From: Rhynchobatus australiae
Lineage: Eukaryota
Assembly (NCBI GenBank): GCA_034780895.1
Contig: JAUZTB010000017.1
Span: 22,301,590-22,365,589, forward strand
Reading direction: 5' to 3'
DNA length: 64,000 bases
In this document: piece by piece, positions 11,450 through 24,650 of the stretch
How positions within the stretch are numbered: the stretch's first letter is position 1
How the letters are laid out: each line of letters opens with the position of its first letter
The notes under the pieces: generated by a model
The model's database searches: none
The model's input: only the letters and a program-made list of their open reading frames with translations
What the model was told of the DNA's origin: nothing
Position numbers and translations under genes: made by a program

Positions 11450-14270
11450 ACCATTTTACCACTGGATCTACACACTGCTCTATCAAAACTGTGTGATAGC
11501 TTGTGTGCAATGGCCATCCCATGTTAAAATAATTCACACATAGGCAACTGCTACTCCATAAAATGAAGTTCAGGTTCTGGAATGTCAGGATCATCATGGA
11601 CAATTCCACCAGCAACAGCTCCAAACCTGGCATTTCTATCATACCCAAGAACTTACATCTTTCACCACTGGTAACACTGCCTTGATTGAGACTGTAGGCA
11701 GGAAAAGGCAGCTCAAGAAAGAAGGCAGGCATATCTTCTTTGGAAGAAGAATAGTATTTTCATGTGTGTGGTTTTGCTATCAAGAATGAACTAGTCTGGC
11801 ATGTTAGTGACTCCCCCTCCAGGGAAGTCAACCAGAAGCTCATCTAGTTTACCATATGACAAAACCAGCAACCCATCACATATATTCCTCGACCCTGGTA
11901 GCAATGGATGAGGCCACAAAAGAATTCCACTCCAACCTTGAGCAATCCCTGCGTTCCAATGGAAGATGGGCCTTTTGCTGAATTCAGAGCTGGAATAGCC
12001 ACATAACCTCTGCAAANNNNNNNNNNNNNNNNNNNNNNNNNNNNNNNNNNNNNNNNNNNNNNNNNNNNNNNNNNNNNNNNNNNNNNNNNNNNNNNNNNNN
12101 NNNNNNNNNNNNNNNNGTAATAGGAAGTGAAAGAGTAGTGAAAGCTAATACGAACAAAACTTTCCTCCTTCAAAATGCTTAGATAGAACATAATCCAGTC
12201 ATAACTGGCACCTTTTTTATTCAGAGAAGCAAGTATAAGACCTCAAGGCAAAACCCTCAATCCATGCACTGGCACCTGCTAGGCTATGTTACTGGCTCTG
12301 TGAGAATCTGCAGGGATGTCCACATCACCCATACCATGGCAGGAGCTGGCTATATCTAGACCATTCATACTCTCCATCTACTCTGTCATTTCTATCAACC
12401 TGGCCTAGAATTCACAATGTATCCATAAGTGCCTAGTCTGTCCTGAACTGCATCATAAGTCACAACAATTGATACTTAGTCCCTCTACCAGAAAACAGAG
12501 TTTGGCTTGAGGAGAATGTGCAGAAGATACAGAAGCAAATAAACAGTAAACCCAAGGCATTCATTGACTGGGAGCATCATCCCAACTCAAGGAGTGAAAA
12601 AAAAAACAGATCTGCAGACTTTGGAATGCTGAGGTCCAACAAAAAGTTTGAAAACTGAACCACATATGATGAGTGGAAAGAATGCAGAAGATCCAACAAC
12701 CAGCAGGTAACTGTGATGTGCAGAAATTCTTCAGTGCTGTCAAGACACATTTATGGTCCAAACACTTAAGAACTTACCCCACTCATCAAGTGAGGCAGTC
12801 AGCAATGCTGGGAGGGCCACTGCAAAGATCTTCAGAGATATTTGGGTTCAAAGGACAAAGGGGGAGGGCTACCGGAAGTTTGAGAATTCGATGTTCATGT
12901 CGCCAGGTTGGAAACTGCCCAGTCAGAAAATGAGATGCTGTTCTTCTAATTTTTATTTAGCCTTGACCTGGCAGTGGAGGAGGCTGTGGATAGGCATTTC
13001 GGTGTGGGAACGGGAAGTGGAATTAAAATGGCTGACCACCGGGAGATCCCAGCTGGCGTGGCAGATCAAGCAAAGATGCTCAGTGAAGCGATCACCCAGT
13101 CTGCATCCTGTCTCACCGACGTAGAGGAGGCCGCAACAGGCTCTCTGTCTTTGATACACGTACCCTCGACTCCATTCCCCATTGATCCCATTCACCATAA
13201 CCCTGGTGCTATTCTAGTCTGAAGAAGAGTTCACAAAGCCATTCATCAGCTGAAAAACAACAGGGGATCTGGAGCAGAAAAAATCCCCAGTGAATTACTA
13301 AAACTTGATGGAGAAGTACTTCTGGCACCAAATCATGACTTCATTACATCTGGCAAGAGGAGACCATTCTGGGAGATCTCAGAGATACTGTAATCATGAA
13401 CACATTTAAGAAAAGAGACAAGTCTGATGCAATGATTATTTATCAACCTCCCACAAATGGGCTCAAAACCACCTGGTTTCAAAGACAAATCCTTTAACGT
13501 AGCTAGAACCTGCTCTGGTTGGACCTTTAGCTAACATATAATTCAAGTCACAGGGCCAAAGGCAGTCCTTCTTCATCAAATGGGTATGTTTCTAGGCCAA
13601 TAGGAGAACTCCTTCTGCCGCACCTTTGAAAAGATTCAAAAGAGACAATAAATGCAATCCATCGCTAATGCTTTTGAAAGCTTTCTCAAGGCAGCAAACC
13701 ATCAGTAGAGTCCTTCATTTTGTGACTGAGGGACAATTAGGTTCTCTAGTGCCACTGGAATTCCAATGTGAGTTGAGAAAATGGAAAGAAAATTCATTTG
13801 CTGTTATGCTTCCAGTTACTCTCAGTGATTTCCCAGCCCAACGTTTCCAGCATCATAGCTCTGATCACTCAACCAGCTTTGATGGCAGTCCCACTTGTTC
13901 ACACACCTGACACCAGACTCCCAAAGCAAGCATTCTACTCTGGCCCAACTCACAGTCACTGATTTGTGGGCCTGCAAAGAAAATTCTTAAAGCGTGTCCT
14001 CAAAACCTCTCGAGGAGAAAATGTAACATCCTCACTGATTCATGGGAATCTCTGCCAGACTGGTAGAGAAGCATCCAGGAGGCAACCAACTTCTCTGAGT
14101 GCCTTGTCAGGAGCATGTGGAAGCCAAGCACAACCAATGGAAGGAGCATGCAAGAACCAGATAAGCATATCCATATACCTGAGTGAGAGCCTGCAGATCC
14201 AGTAGAGGCTTCATTCATCACCTCAGAATCTATAGAACTGCAGTGGAAGCAATTCACCCTTGAAGGAGTT
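11450..14270 (+). mobile_element. Near full-span decayed RTE-BovB-like LINE (APE endonuclease to 3' end), interrupted twice
   Basis: MKFRFWNVRIIMDN at 11563 (APE N-terminus), GFAIKNELV near 11770, HWHLLGYV near 12265, AIHQLKNNRGSGAEKIPSELLKL near 13240, PDTRLPKQAFYS near 13905; many stops and frameshifts. Confidence 0.82.
12840..13150 (-). mobile_element. Penelope-like element GIY-YIG endonuclease fragment nested in the RTE
   Basis: CGLLYVGETGCRLGDRFTEHL..DLPVVSHFNS is the GIY-YIG YVGET..RL..RF.EH motif; ends with gmNIEFSNFR-type terminus. Confidence 0.88.
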
Positions 14271-14440
14271 GACTTGTTTTCAGAATTATCAAATGTAACT
14301 TCCTTTTTGTTTAAAAAAAGTGCCTTTGTAGAGTTACTTTAGTTCCAATTGTTTTCATCCTTAAATATTTTCACATTCTATTGCTGATAATGCTTTATCT
14401 AGTGTTGGTTTGCAACTAAGTTTAGATAAGCTTCCTTGAA

Positions 14441-14758
14441 CACCACAGGCACGGTGGTGTAGCGGTCAGCATAATGCTATTAAAGTGCCAGCGACCCAGG
14501 TTCAATTCCGGCCGCTGTCTGTAAGGAGTTTGTACGTTCTCCTCACATCTGCGTGGATTTCCTCTGGGTGCTCCGGTTTCCTCCCACATTCCAAAGACAT
14601 ATGGGTTAGGAAGTTGTGGGCATGCTATGTTGGTGCCGGAAGTTGTGGGCATGCTATGTTGGCGACACTTGCGGGCTGCCCCCAGAACACTCTAGGCAAA
14701 AGATGCATTTCACTGTTTGTTTCAATGTACATGTGACTAATAAAGATACCTTACCTTA
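14441..14758 (+). mobile_element. tRNA-derived V-SINE (HE1-like), apparently full length
   Basis: A-box-like ggtggtgtagcgg, B-box ggttcaattcc, V-domain ggagtttgtacgttctcc..ggtgctccggtttcctcccacattccaaagac, (cctta)n tail; possible TSD ccttgaa (14434-14440 / 14759-14765); internal 25-bp duplication ggaagttgtgggcatgctatgttgg. Confidence 0.9.
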
Positions 14759-17629
14759 CCTTGAAGGCTGGTAGTATTTGGGTGAATATTTCTGGTAAGA
14801 ATATTGCACAAATTACTATCTAGATATCCCAGAACTGTTTGATTGTCACATACTTTGTCATCTTTATGAAAGCATCCAAGTGGTTATGTTTAAACCTGTC
14901 ACTTTTCTCTCCAACAGTGATTTACAGGCAAAGTGATGCTATTCTAGGTACTAAACAAGGAAGCGAAGGACAAACTGATGAATGTGGAAATGTGACAAAT
15001 AAAAACCAGCCTATCTGGTCTCCTGCTTTATTTAGTCCCTTTTCAAGACTGCAGCAGTTAGGTTTAATCTCAACCTCAATGTCTATTTGTTTAATTGTTC
15101 CGCATGATGGGACTGAACAAATTTCATTTTGAAATTATTTTTGCAACTCTCGATGGAAATCTGTTGTTTGTGGTGATGATTCAAACTGTAACTTAAATTC
15201 TGTTTGGTTCTCCCAGACAAACTTTCACAAAATATCTCTTCATCACTTTCATTATTCTAAAAGTTTAGATATTATCTCATATTTTTTCCTACCCCGATGA
15301 GAGACTTTATTCACTTAATCTCATTAATTATCGATATAGTCAGTGACTTAGATTAATCTTTATTGGCCTTCTTTGAATTATTTCCACTGCCTCTTACCTT
15401 TGGCAGAAATGGTAACCAGAGCTATGTAATATAATCCAGAAGTAAATTTGGGCATCAGTCAAGCTTTTCCCATAGTCTTATATTACAAGAATAGCATTAT
15501 AAAAGAATTCTGAAGAAGAGGTTCCTCAGCATGTTGTACTTGTGCTGGCAATGNNNNNNNNNNNNNNNNNNNNNNNNNNNNNNNNNNNNNNNNNNNNNNN
15601 NNNNNNNNNNNNNNNNNNNNNNNNNNNNNNNNNNNNNNNNNNNNNNNNNNNNNTAAAATGGCTGAAAAGTAGCTAAAAGAAATCAGAATAAAGCTTAAAC
15701 TACCAGAAGGAAGTGGAGAGCACATTTTTTTTTCTGAATTAGGTTGATAAAAGTTGAAATTAATGCAAAAAAAATGGAATTAGCTGAAAAATCTAAATTT
15801 ATTGCAAAATCTGCTTTCTCCACTCTTCAGCCAGATCATGAAAAAATTCTCATCTACTGGATGGAACAGACAATTTATGTATCGCCTAATAAAAAGGATC
15901 TGTGCTACTTCATTATAGAGTGGAAATTAATGCCTAATTTCTGTAAAAAAAGGTTTAGCCCTGCAGTCAATTACAGGCTCATTTATCTTAGATATTTCCT
16001 GAGGTCAATTGTTCCGCTGTTGATTGGCAGCTCATTGCAGGTCTCTGACTTGCCAAAGATCAGTAGAAAAACAATAAGCAATGCATTGAATTGCATTTTT
16101 AACAACTGCTTAATATTTGAAATGTGGCATCTGGTAAACAAGAGTTTTTATGTACACAGTAATACAGATAGATTGTGACCAGTAGGGGTCCCACACTTCA
16201 GTTTTGGCACACACCACTGATTGCAACTGTCCTTTTGGAACTATTACCATTCTCCTTGTTACCTAACATTTTGCTAAAGTATCACCCCCTATCTTGCCAC
16301 ACACTGCAGGAAAATAGGGCTGCACTGTTCAGCATCAATTGAAATTCTTCTATTGCCACCAGTTCCCAAACTAGGAAAGCTGCTGTCTTCTCTACTGTGC
16401 TCACAGCATACAAATTCCAGCATGGACTAGATCAATGGTGGATTTATTTACCACGTGCACCTTACTACCAGTTCCCAGGATGGGACAATGGAGTTGTGAG
16501 GCAGCAGCTCTACTGGCTGTGCCACTGTGCCACCCCCATCTTCTCAAATAATGTTAAGCATAATTCCTATGATTTGGAATTAACTCTTAATTAATGGAAT
16601 GGAATTATTTCCTTTGCAATAAGCTGATAATTATTTTCATTATAAATATTAAATTGTCATGATGCTTCTAGTCCTTTTATAAAATTGGACATTAACAACT
16701 TCAGTCTATTTAAGTTGCAGTAATTTCATTAAAGGTTCTTAGAAGTGCAATTTCTAGTTCTTTTGCTTTAATTCTCTTGATTGGTGAAACACTCTGGTTA
16801 TTTTCAGTGAATGCTCTTTATATTTTCCTTGAATTTGTGAATCATACATCCATCCAACCATTGACAAAGAACAATTTACTAGAGTGCAAATTGCTATTAA
16901 AAATAAACAAGTCTCTATTCCAAAAGTATCTATAATATATGGGTGATTTATTTGTTTAGTCATTACCTAGATACCATTTCTGTGGTTTGCAGAGACCAGA
17001 AGTGCAGAGACCAGAAGCACAGAGCCATTATGTTTAACACATCTGGCATTTACTGCTTGCTGCTCTCTATCTTTTCCATGTAGCTTCTTTCTTCACTGAA
17101 AGTTATCACTGAAAGAAGAAGTTTGCACAGCAAGAAGAATAATCTACAGCCGAATTTGGAGAATTGCTCTGCAACTACTGACACTTAAAATAGACATGCA
17201 CCACATTCTATCCAGCTTTCTTTCTAAACCCAAAGACTTGCACTAATTGCAGAGTATTGAAAATATTAAAGAGACATGAAACACAAACTGCAACGCCACA
17301 ACATGTTTGACATGGAAAAACACTGAAATAAAATCTAATATCTATTTTTGAAGTCTGGAAACCTTTAAATTAATGGGGAAAGAGCTATATTAATTGACCT
17401 GATTATAGGGAGCTTTTGACAGAGCCTCTTTTCAGTTCAGCCTTTAGGCCTGTTGCTTTGTACAAATGAGAAACAGCCTGCAAGAGGTAAATGCATTTCA
17501 TTGCTGCTGCAAAAACTTATTGAAAAGAATTTGAAAATCTGCTGCTTTATTTTGAACTAAACCAATTATTTTTTTACCATTTTGTTTTATTTTTCACATA
17601 CTAAAAAGTAAATTAAGAGGAATAACAAA

Positions 17630-18243
17630 TCAAGTTTGATTCAGATAAGTGTGAGCTGTTGCATTTTGGAAAGTCAGGACTTTCACAGAGAATGATAGGG
17701 AGGTGTTGTGTTGTGGGAAGTGATTTAGAACAGAGAGACCATGGAGTTCAGGTACATGGTTCCTTGAAAGTGGAGTCACAGGCAGACAGGGTGGTGAAGA
17801 AGGATTTTGGCACTCTGGTCTTCATCAGTTAGGGGATTGAGTATAGATGTTGGGAGGTTATGTTGGAGTTGTACAAGATGCTGGTGAGGCCACACTTGGT
17901 GTATTGAGTTCAGCTTTGGTCACCCTGCTATAGAAAAATCGTTATTAAACTGGAATGAGTGCAGAAAAGATTTACAAGGATGTTGCCGGGTCTCAAAGGA
18001 CTGAGTTATAGGGAGAGGTTGGACATGCTCAGACATTTTACCCTTGAAGTGCAGGAGATTTTATAAAGGCATATAAAATCATGAAATAATTGACTTGAAA
18101 ACAAGATACAAAACAATAGATGAAGACAGTAGATTCAGAAGGATGTGAGCCAAATGCAGGCAAATGGGACTAGCTTGGATGGGTATCCTGGTCAGCATAG
18201 ACCAATTGGGTCGAAGGTCTGTTTCTGTGCTGGATGACTCTAT
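17630..18243 (+). mobile_element. CR1 LINE 3' part with an internal deletion/replacement
   Basis: DKCELLHFGK, LELYKMLVRPHLVY*VQLWSPCYRK motifs; 3' UTR ggcaaatgggactagc..tctgtttctgtgctggatgactcta. Confidence 0.88.
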
Positions 18244-20759
18244 ACCGTCTTCATCTATCTTCTTGTATCTTGTTTTCAAGTCAATTATTTCATAATCATC
18301 TCCTGCAAAGCAACTGCTTCTCTTTCAATGTTTTGCTCCTAGGATAAATTCTTCCATGTAAGCATATAATGATGAAGATGCTTGGTTAATACTTGCTTAT
18401 TAGGTACTCCTGGAATTCAGAGTGTACAACATTGATACCTGTATGCCACTAAATTGCATCTTCTTCACTAAATTGAATCCTTTAATCTGATGGCAAAATT
18501 GCAGAACCATGTTAATGTATTTCACAAAATTGTCTCATTAATGCAGAGAAACACTAAAGTGTAAAATGTGCAATATTGTTCCTTTTGTTAGATGCAATTT
18601 AAAGCACATTTACCTGTGACTGATATATAATGAAATGTAGACTGAGGAGCAAGTTGTGTTCAAAGCACCGTCCTTTCACCAATTCCACTTAAGCTGAAAT
18701 CCACCACAGAAAAAAGGATTTAACATCTTGCTTCAATAGAAATTATGAACTAATTTACTTCACCCAGTCTTGATGTGTAGTGAGTGCCTTTTGAGAAGAA
18801 AGTAAAATGGAAATGGCAAAGCTGGTCATTAATATGGAATCAGTACTGAAATAAAGGCCAACATTCATGAGTCATGAAATAATTCTGTTCAGTCTTCATT
18901 TTGAAAGTACTTTCACTGCCTCATGTTACATCTGAATTAGTAGTACACTGTAATATTGCACCCACTCAGACAAGTGCTTGATAAAACTTGATGAGAATGT
19001 AATGATGCCTATATTGATCCAAACCAGAAGTTCCAGCTTTATCAGAATTTACATGTGAAGGTATGCAGAGAAGCCGAAGAGAAGAAAGCTGTACACTCAG
19101 TGACAGTTAGTTCACCTCTGTAATGCAGAAAGCAATCAACCCACTCAAAGCTGAAATATCATTGCTGACAAATAATCAAAAAACTGGAAGGTCTAAATGG
19201 AGCAGCAAAAAAAAATAATGGGACATTGGCAAACTTGATATTAATTCAAGCTGACATAATGATATGTCACTTCAATTCTGGAATGGCTACAGGATTTACA
19301 TAATGGCTGTGTGCCTTTAAGAAAACAGAGGAACAAACTTTCTTTGCCTTGCTTTATGTATGGGATAACTGTAATATCTCTGCAGACAACTCGGCAGGAG
19401 TTTTCTACCAACAAACACAGGACAGCATTGTCTGCATGACAGTTTCTATCATTATGGCCAGCACCCAGATTTGTGCACAATGTACTGCTAACATCTGCCA
19501 CGTTGCACTAATTCAGGAACATTCTGCAATGGAAACTCGTGCCCTGTAACTTCCTGACACATTGTCACATATTAATTGCTCTGCTGGTTAGTTCCTATAG
19601 CCTGAATACATGACAAGTCACTCCAGTGACATTGTAGTCGCAAGAACAAAAAAATTTGCAACTATCAATGTCCCATAAAAAATCTTGATGAGATATTAAA
19701 GAACTACAAAGATATATAAAGACTGAAGAATAATCTCATTCAGACAGATCACTATGAATTACTCCTTTGTATTATATTTCTTCCATTACCATATTGTTCT
19801 TAAAGCTTTGAAGAAAATATATTCTAAAGAACAATAGCCCTTTGTAAATTAGTCTGTCAGGCTGTGGCTTATGGAAAACTGTAATATTTCTTCAGACAAG
19901 AAAGTTAGCCCTTTAAAGATAAAAAAAAGAAAGTCACAATCTGCATCTGTTAATAGCTTCAAACCATCAACTCAACAAACAGCCTTTAACACCCAATTGA
20001 CAATACAGAAGTCATTTTGTTAAAATTTGTAAATAGCCTTAAACTGCTTTGTGTTACATGCATAAATTGTTCACTTTCATTCCTTCTTAAATGACATGTG
20101 GGCTTCTATTGCACTGATGAAATAAATTGAAATGAATGGTATCCTCCATAAGTAGCAATATTTCAGACATACCTGTATTCAGATGTTACCGTATGCAGCT
20201 AATGAAATATTTGCAAATGCTATATGACGCTGTTCTGAAAACTGAAAAGGCCATTAAATAGTTTAAGGTTAAAGTTTAAATGTTCTTTCCTGTTGTTGTA
20301 ATTATAATCATTAGCAACTTTGTAGTGTAGCTGCAATAAATGGTGTGGGAAGAGCAGCAGCATCAAATCAAATTTCCTTACATAGAAAATGGATCACATA
20401 GTTCGATGTTTTTGTAGGCTATACAATTCAATTTCAATAAATTAAATATTCATAGGAAAATCAAGGACTTTGTACGACCTACAAAGTCTTAGATTTTCAT
20501 TCTGGGCCTCTGATGTGCTAACAGCTGGAGGAGGCCAGATGCACCATAACGTCCAACAGTTCACAAAGTATTCCTGGATGCTACATCCTTGACTTTGGTT
20601 AACTTGTACATGGTCTGGGGATCCAAGGTCCGCATTTGCAGAAGCAGGCCTTCACAACACTTGTGAGATCTGCTTTATTGTTATTTGAAGGGGAACTGCC
20701 TGAATAGGTACCAGCCCAGGGAGTCTGGCTCTGGTATTCCAGATAAAGTCCATAGGTAA

Positions 20760-21010
20760 TTGGGAATATCCTTACCTATTTGGTCTCCTAACTGTAGACC
20801 TTTGTTCCCACACCTAGCCTACATACTGCTTACAATCCACACTGACCCCTTACTGACCATTATCCTGACACCTCTACTGACTTCTGACCCTAACATCTCT
20901 CCAACCTCTAGCCATGCGCTTCCTCCTCCATGCCTGACTATCCCTTGACCTGACACCACTACAATTCTCTGGCCCTGATTTAACTGCACTGTTCCTCCCT
21001 CCCACCTCAA
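20760..21010. repeat. Pyrimidine-rich degenerate minisatellite (ctgac-type units)
   Basis: Recurrent ctgacc/ctgaca/ctgact units with strong C/T strand bias. Confidence 0.5.
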
Positions 21011-21589
21011 TGCTATTACTATGATTCAGGCATGGTTTTCTATTAACAGGCCAACTGCCAATGGGAACATCTGAATTCAATCCAAGTGAAAGACACTGTA
21101 CATTTATCTGAGGATTAGCTTAAGTGGAATTGAGATTTTGTCTTCATTGCTGCATTATAAAATTTAAGTTTTCTATTCAATCAGCTGAAACATTGAGAAT
21201 AATAGTGAATAGCCCAAAACCTAATTTGACATATTTAATTTACCAGAAATTACACATCTGGGAAATTAATTTATGACCCTTTTCAGAAAAATGCCACATG
21301 AAGTGCACATTGATTCAGGATTCCTGTTTCACAACGCTGAAATCAACAACATAATTGCTCATGTACAGTCCACCTGCGCATTCCATTCACCACCGTTACA
21401 TAATTTTGATGATCTCCCATCTACCGGAATTTAGAATGCAGCATCTGTAACCACAGCAATTGAATATTATGATATCTGTTGTTTTATATTTACAATCATT
21501 TCAATTTGAAGTCAACGGCATCATCTACTTGTTTCAATATTTAACTCTAGGAATCTGACTGAATGATTAGGCACAATGAGAGCTGCAAA

Positions 21590-22400
21590 GTATCATGGAA
21601 TAGTACGGTATAGAATGAGGTCATTAGGCCCATCAAACCTGTAGGCTCTTTCAAAGAGTTCTCCAGTTCATCTCACTCTTAAGTTTTTCCCATATCCTTG
21701 CAAATGTTTCTCCTTCAAGGACTTACCCAATTCCCTCTGAGGACTATAATTGAAACTGTATCTGCCACCTGTCAGTCTATGGATCCAAATCCTAATTAGT
21801 CTCTGCTACAAAAGTCTTTCCTTAATGGCATTTCTAGTTTTTTTGACAGTAAATACAAATTGGTTTCATTTGGTATCAATCCTTCATCCATTTGAAACTG
21901 TTACTCCATATTTACTCTACCTGCACCCTTTATGATTTTAAATACCTTAATCAAATTACCTCATAGCCTTCACTATTCTAAAGAGAACCACCCAAGCTTC
22001 TTCAGCCACTCTAGGNNNNNNNNNNNNNNNNNNNNNNNNNNNNNNNNNNNNNNNNNNNNNNNNNNNNNNNNNNNNNNNNNNNNNNNNNNNNNNNNNNNNN
22101 NNNNNNNNNNNNNNNNNNNNNNNNNNNNNNNNNNNNNNNNNNNNNNNNNNNNNNNNNNNNNNNNNNNNNGACATGAACAAGTATCTCTTTTCTTGCATTC
22201 CTTTATTGTACATGCCACAGCATGTATCATGTCTTCATATTTCCTACCAAGATGCATCACCTCAGTTTCCTTCACCTGTCATGTGTCTGTCCATTCTATC
22301 CTGTCTATGCACTCTTTCTCTATGAATATCTACTTAACATTTACTGCAGTAATCCTAGTCATGAACTTTGAGAATCACTAATGTACACTTCAAATTCCAG
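21590..22400 (-). mobile_element. Old CR1 LINE 3' fragment (spans gap)
   Basis: LKKLGWFSLE and EVMHLGRK on the minus strand; tail atcatggaatagtacgg..aggtcattaggcccatc. Confidence 0.7.
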
Positions 22401-23279
22401 TTATTTGCACAATTTTGTGCCCACACTTTTGTTGTGCCTTTTATTTGAAAGGATTCAATCTTGCTAATGAGTAGCTGTGGTTCCAAAAGCTAACTTTACA
22501 CCTTTCAGTTAAAGCTACATCTACTAAATAATGATATTTCAACATTGATCAGCACAAATGGCCACCTACAGCCATTCATTCTATCTGCACTTGTCCAATG
22601 GCTTATTATGAACCATTGCACTGGAACATTTTGATGATGAAGTTCAATAGAGTGAGGGATTATCTACAGGGGATCTCGAACTTGTGTGAACATGGCAAGC
22701 AACTATCTTTCTCCTCAACTAACAAGTTTGGAGAATTTAGACTGAGGTACGCAGATTCATAGTGAAGATGAGAGTTAGTATGATTAATTGAATACCAAAT
22801 CATATAAAGAAAGCAAAATAAAGAGAGGGATAGAAAGATTATAATTGTGAGAAAGAGGCAAACAAACTGATACTTCTGTATCCACTTAAATAGCATTCAG
22901 AAACACGTTTCAAATTGGAGTAAAACTTGCAAATAAATTAATATATTCATGTATTTTGGAGCTGTATACTGCAAATGTACAGGCCTTGTATATGAGGGGT
23001 ACGTCAATCCAGATAGGACATTGCCTACCTGGGTTCTAGCTGTATAAACAGGTGAACAAATTACAGAGTCATTTAAATTACATAATATTCTAAGGCAATG
23101 CACCAGTTAAGTTTTAATACATTTACAAAGGCCATTTTAGCTTGCTCTAAAGTCAGATAACAGAAACATGTGATGACAATCAGAAAATTAACTATGGTAA
23201 CACTACTGGTGGTGTAGCAAAGTTGCTGAACTAAGAAATGCATGGTCCACCCATTGCATGCTTTTTTTAAGTCACGCAT

Positions 23280-23595
23280 CAAAAACAGGCCCTTTGACTC
23301 ATGATGTCCATGCTAACCATCAAGCACTCATCTACACTAATCCAATTTTTCCTCTCACATCCCCATCAACAGCTCTCGACGCCAATTCTCCTGTCAGCCA
23401 CCTGCACTAAGGGGCAATTTACAGTGGCAAATTAGCCTCCCAACCAACACATCTTGGCATGTGGGAGAAAACTGGAATAAACCCAAGCAGTAAAAGGGGG
23501 AGAATGCAAACACCACACGGGCAGGATTGAAGGTCAGGATCAAAGCCTAGTTTCTGGAGGTGTGAGGCACCATTGCACTGCTGAGCTACTGTGAC
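23280..23595 (-). mobile_element. V-SINE (HE1-like), degenerate, with CR1-type tail
   Basis: Reverse-complement V-domain (tgtgggagaaactgga..gggagaatgcaaacaccacac) and tRNA-like head near 23560-23595. Confidence 0.75.
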
Positions 23596-24354
23596 ATCCT
23601 GCTGGCATTTAACTGTAGGGGGCACTTCTTTGGAGTTCTAATGCATTAATGTTCTTCCATATTTTTCAAACACATAAGGTNNNNNNNNNNNNNNNNNNNN
23701 NNNNNAGAAAATCACTATTTCTGGAGATTAACTAACATCATTGTTCTGTCAGAAATGTTTCTATAATCCTCTAAGCACTTATTTGGGTTTACCAGTTAAA
23801 CCATACGATTCTGTATTGAATCTAAATAAAATCAGATTTGAAGTGAAACAGAAATAAAGTTGAAATAAAAATCTCAGTTATCCATAATCTTCAGGGTTTT
23901 TTAGCTTCATCATTGAACAAATGGAGAATTAATCTTCTACTCAGCAAAGATTGTTCTTTGGGAAAATAAATGTTACTAGGGACTAAATCATAATGATGAA
24001 ATAGGAGGGGGGATGTTGGGTGATTGAAGTTTCGGAGCCAGATAGCTGTAGCAAATTATAAACCAGTGGGGAGTTAGCAACAAAAAAAGCAGGAAGAATC
24101 TGAACTGAGCTGAGAACTTTACTGGTGTTACTCACAAAGCTGCTCTATTCTGGAGGTCTGAAGGATTGGAAGGAACTCACCTGATGCAATGTGGCAAGCG
24201 ACATTTTCCAATTCTGCTCATGAAAATCTTATTCTCATGAATTGGAACAGTTAATTACAGAGACACTTAGAACCACAGTCTTAGCAATTTCTGATCCTCA
24301 ATTTTGTTTCCAAATTTACCCACAAAAAGCCACTAATCACGCTTATATTTTCTT

Positions 24355-24650
24355 ACGGCATTGAAAGGGTCCATTCAGCCTGTGGGAACAATCTGACCAA
24401 CCTCATTTCCCCAGTTATTTCCTATAACCCATTCTCTCTCACATGGCCATCAATTCCACCCAGATTCTCACATCACCCACCTGCACCACGGATAATTTAA
24501 AGTAACTAATTATCCAACTAACTTTAGGATGTGGGAGGAGACAGAGCATCCAGGGGAAACTCCACACAGACATCACCAGAGGTCAGGATTGAACCCAAGC
24601 TGATGGAACCATGAGGCATCAGCACTACCTCCTGCACCACTGTGCCAGCC
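24355..24650 (-). mobile_element. V-SINE (HE1-like), degenerate, internally deleted
   Basis: ggatgtgggaggagacagagcatccaggggaaactccacacagac..aggtcaggattgaaccc..ctgcaccactgtgcc. Confidence 0.75.

Noticed and set aside
14441-14520. tRNA gene
   Set aside because: A and B boxes run directly into a V-SINE body; this is a SINE head, not a cloverleaf gene.
15744-16178. 144-aa ORF
   Set aside because: Non-ATG start, AT-rich composition and no recognisable domain; chance ORF.
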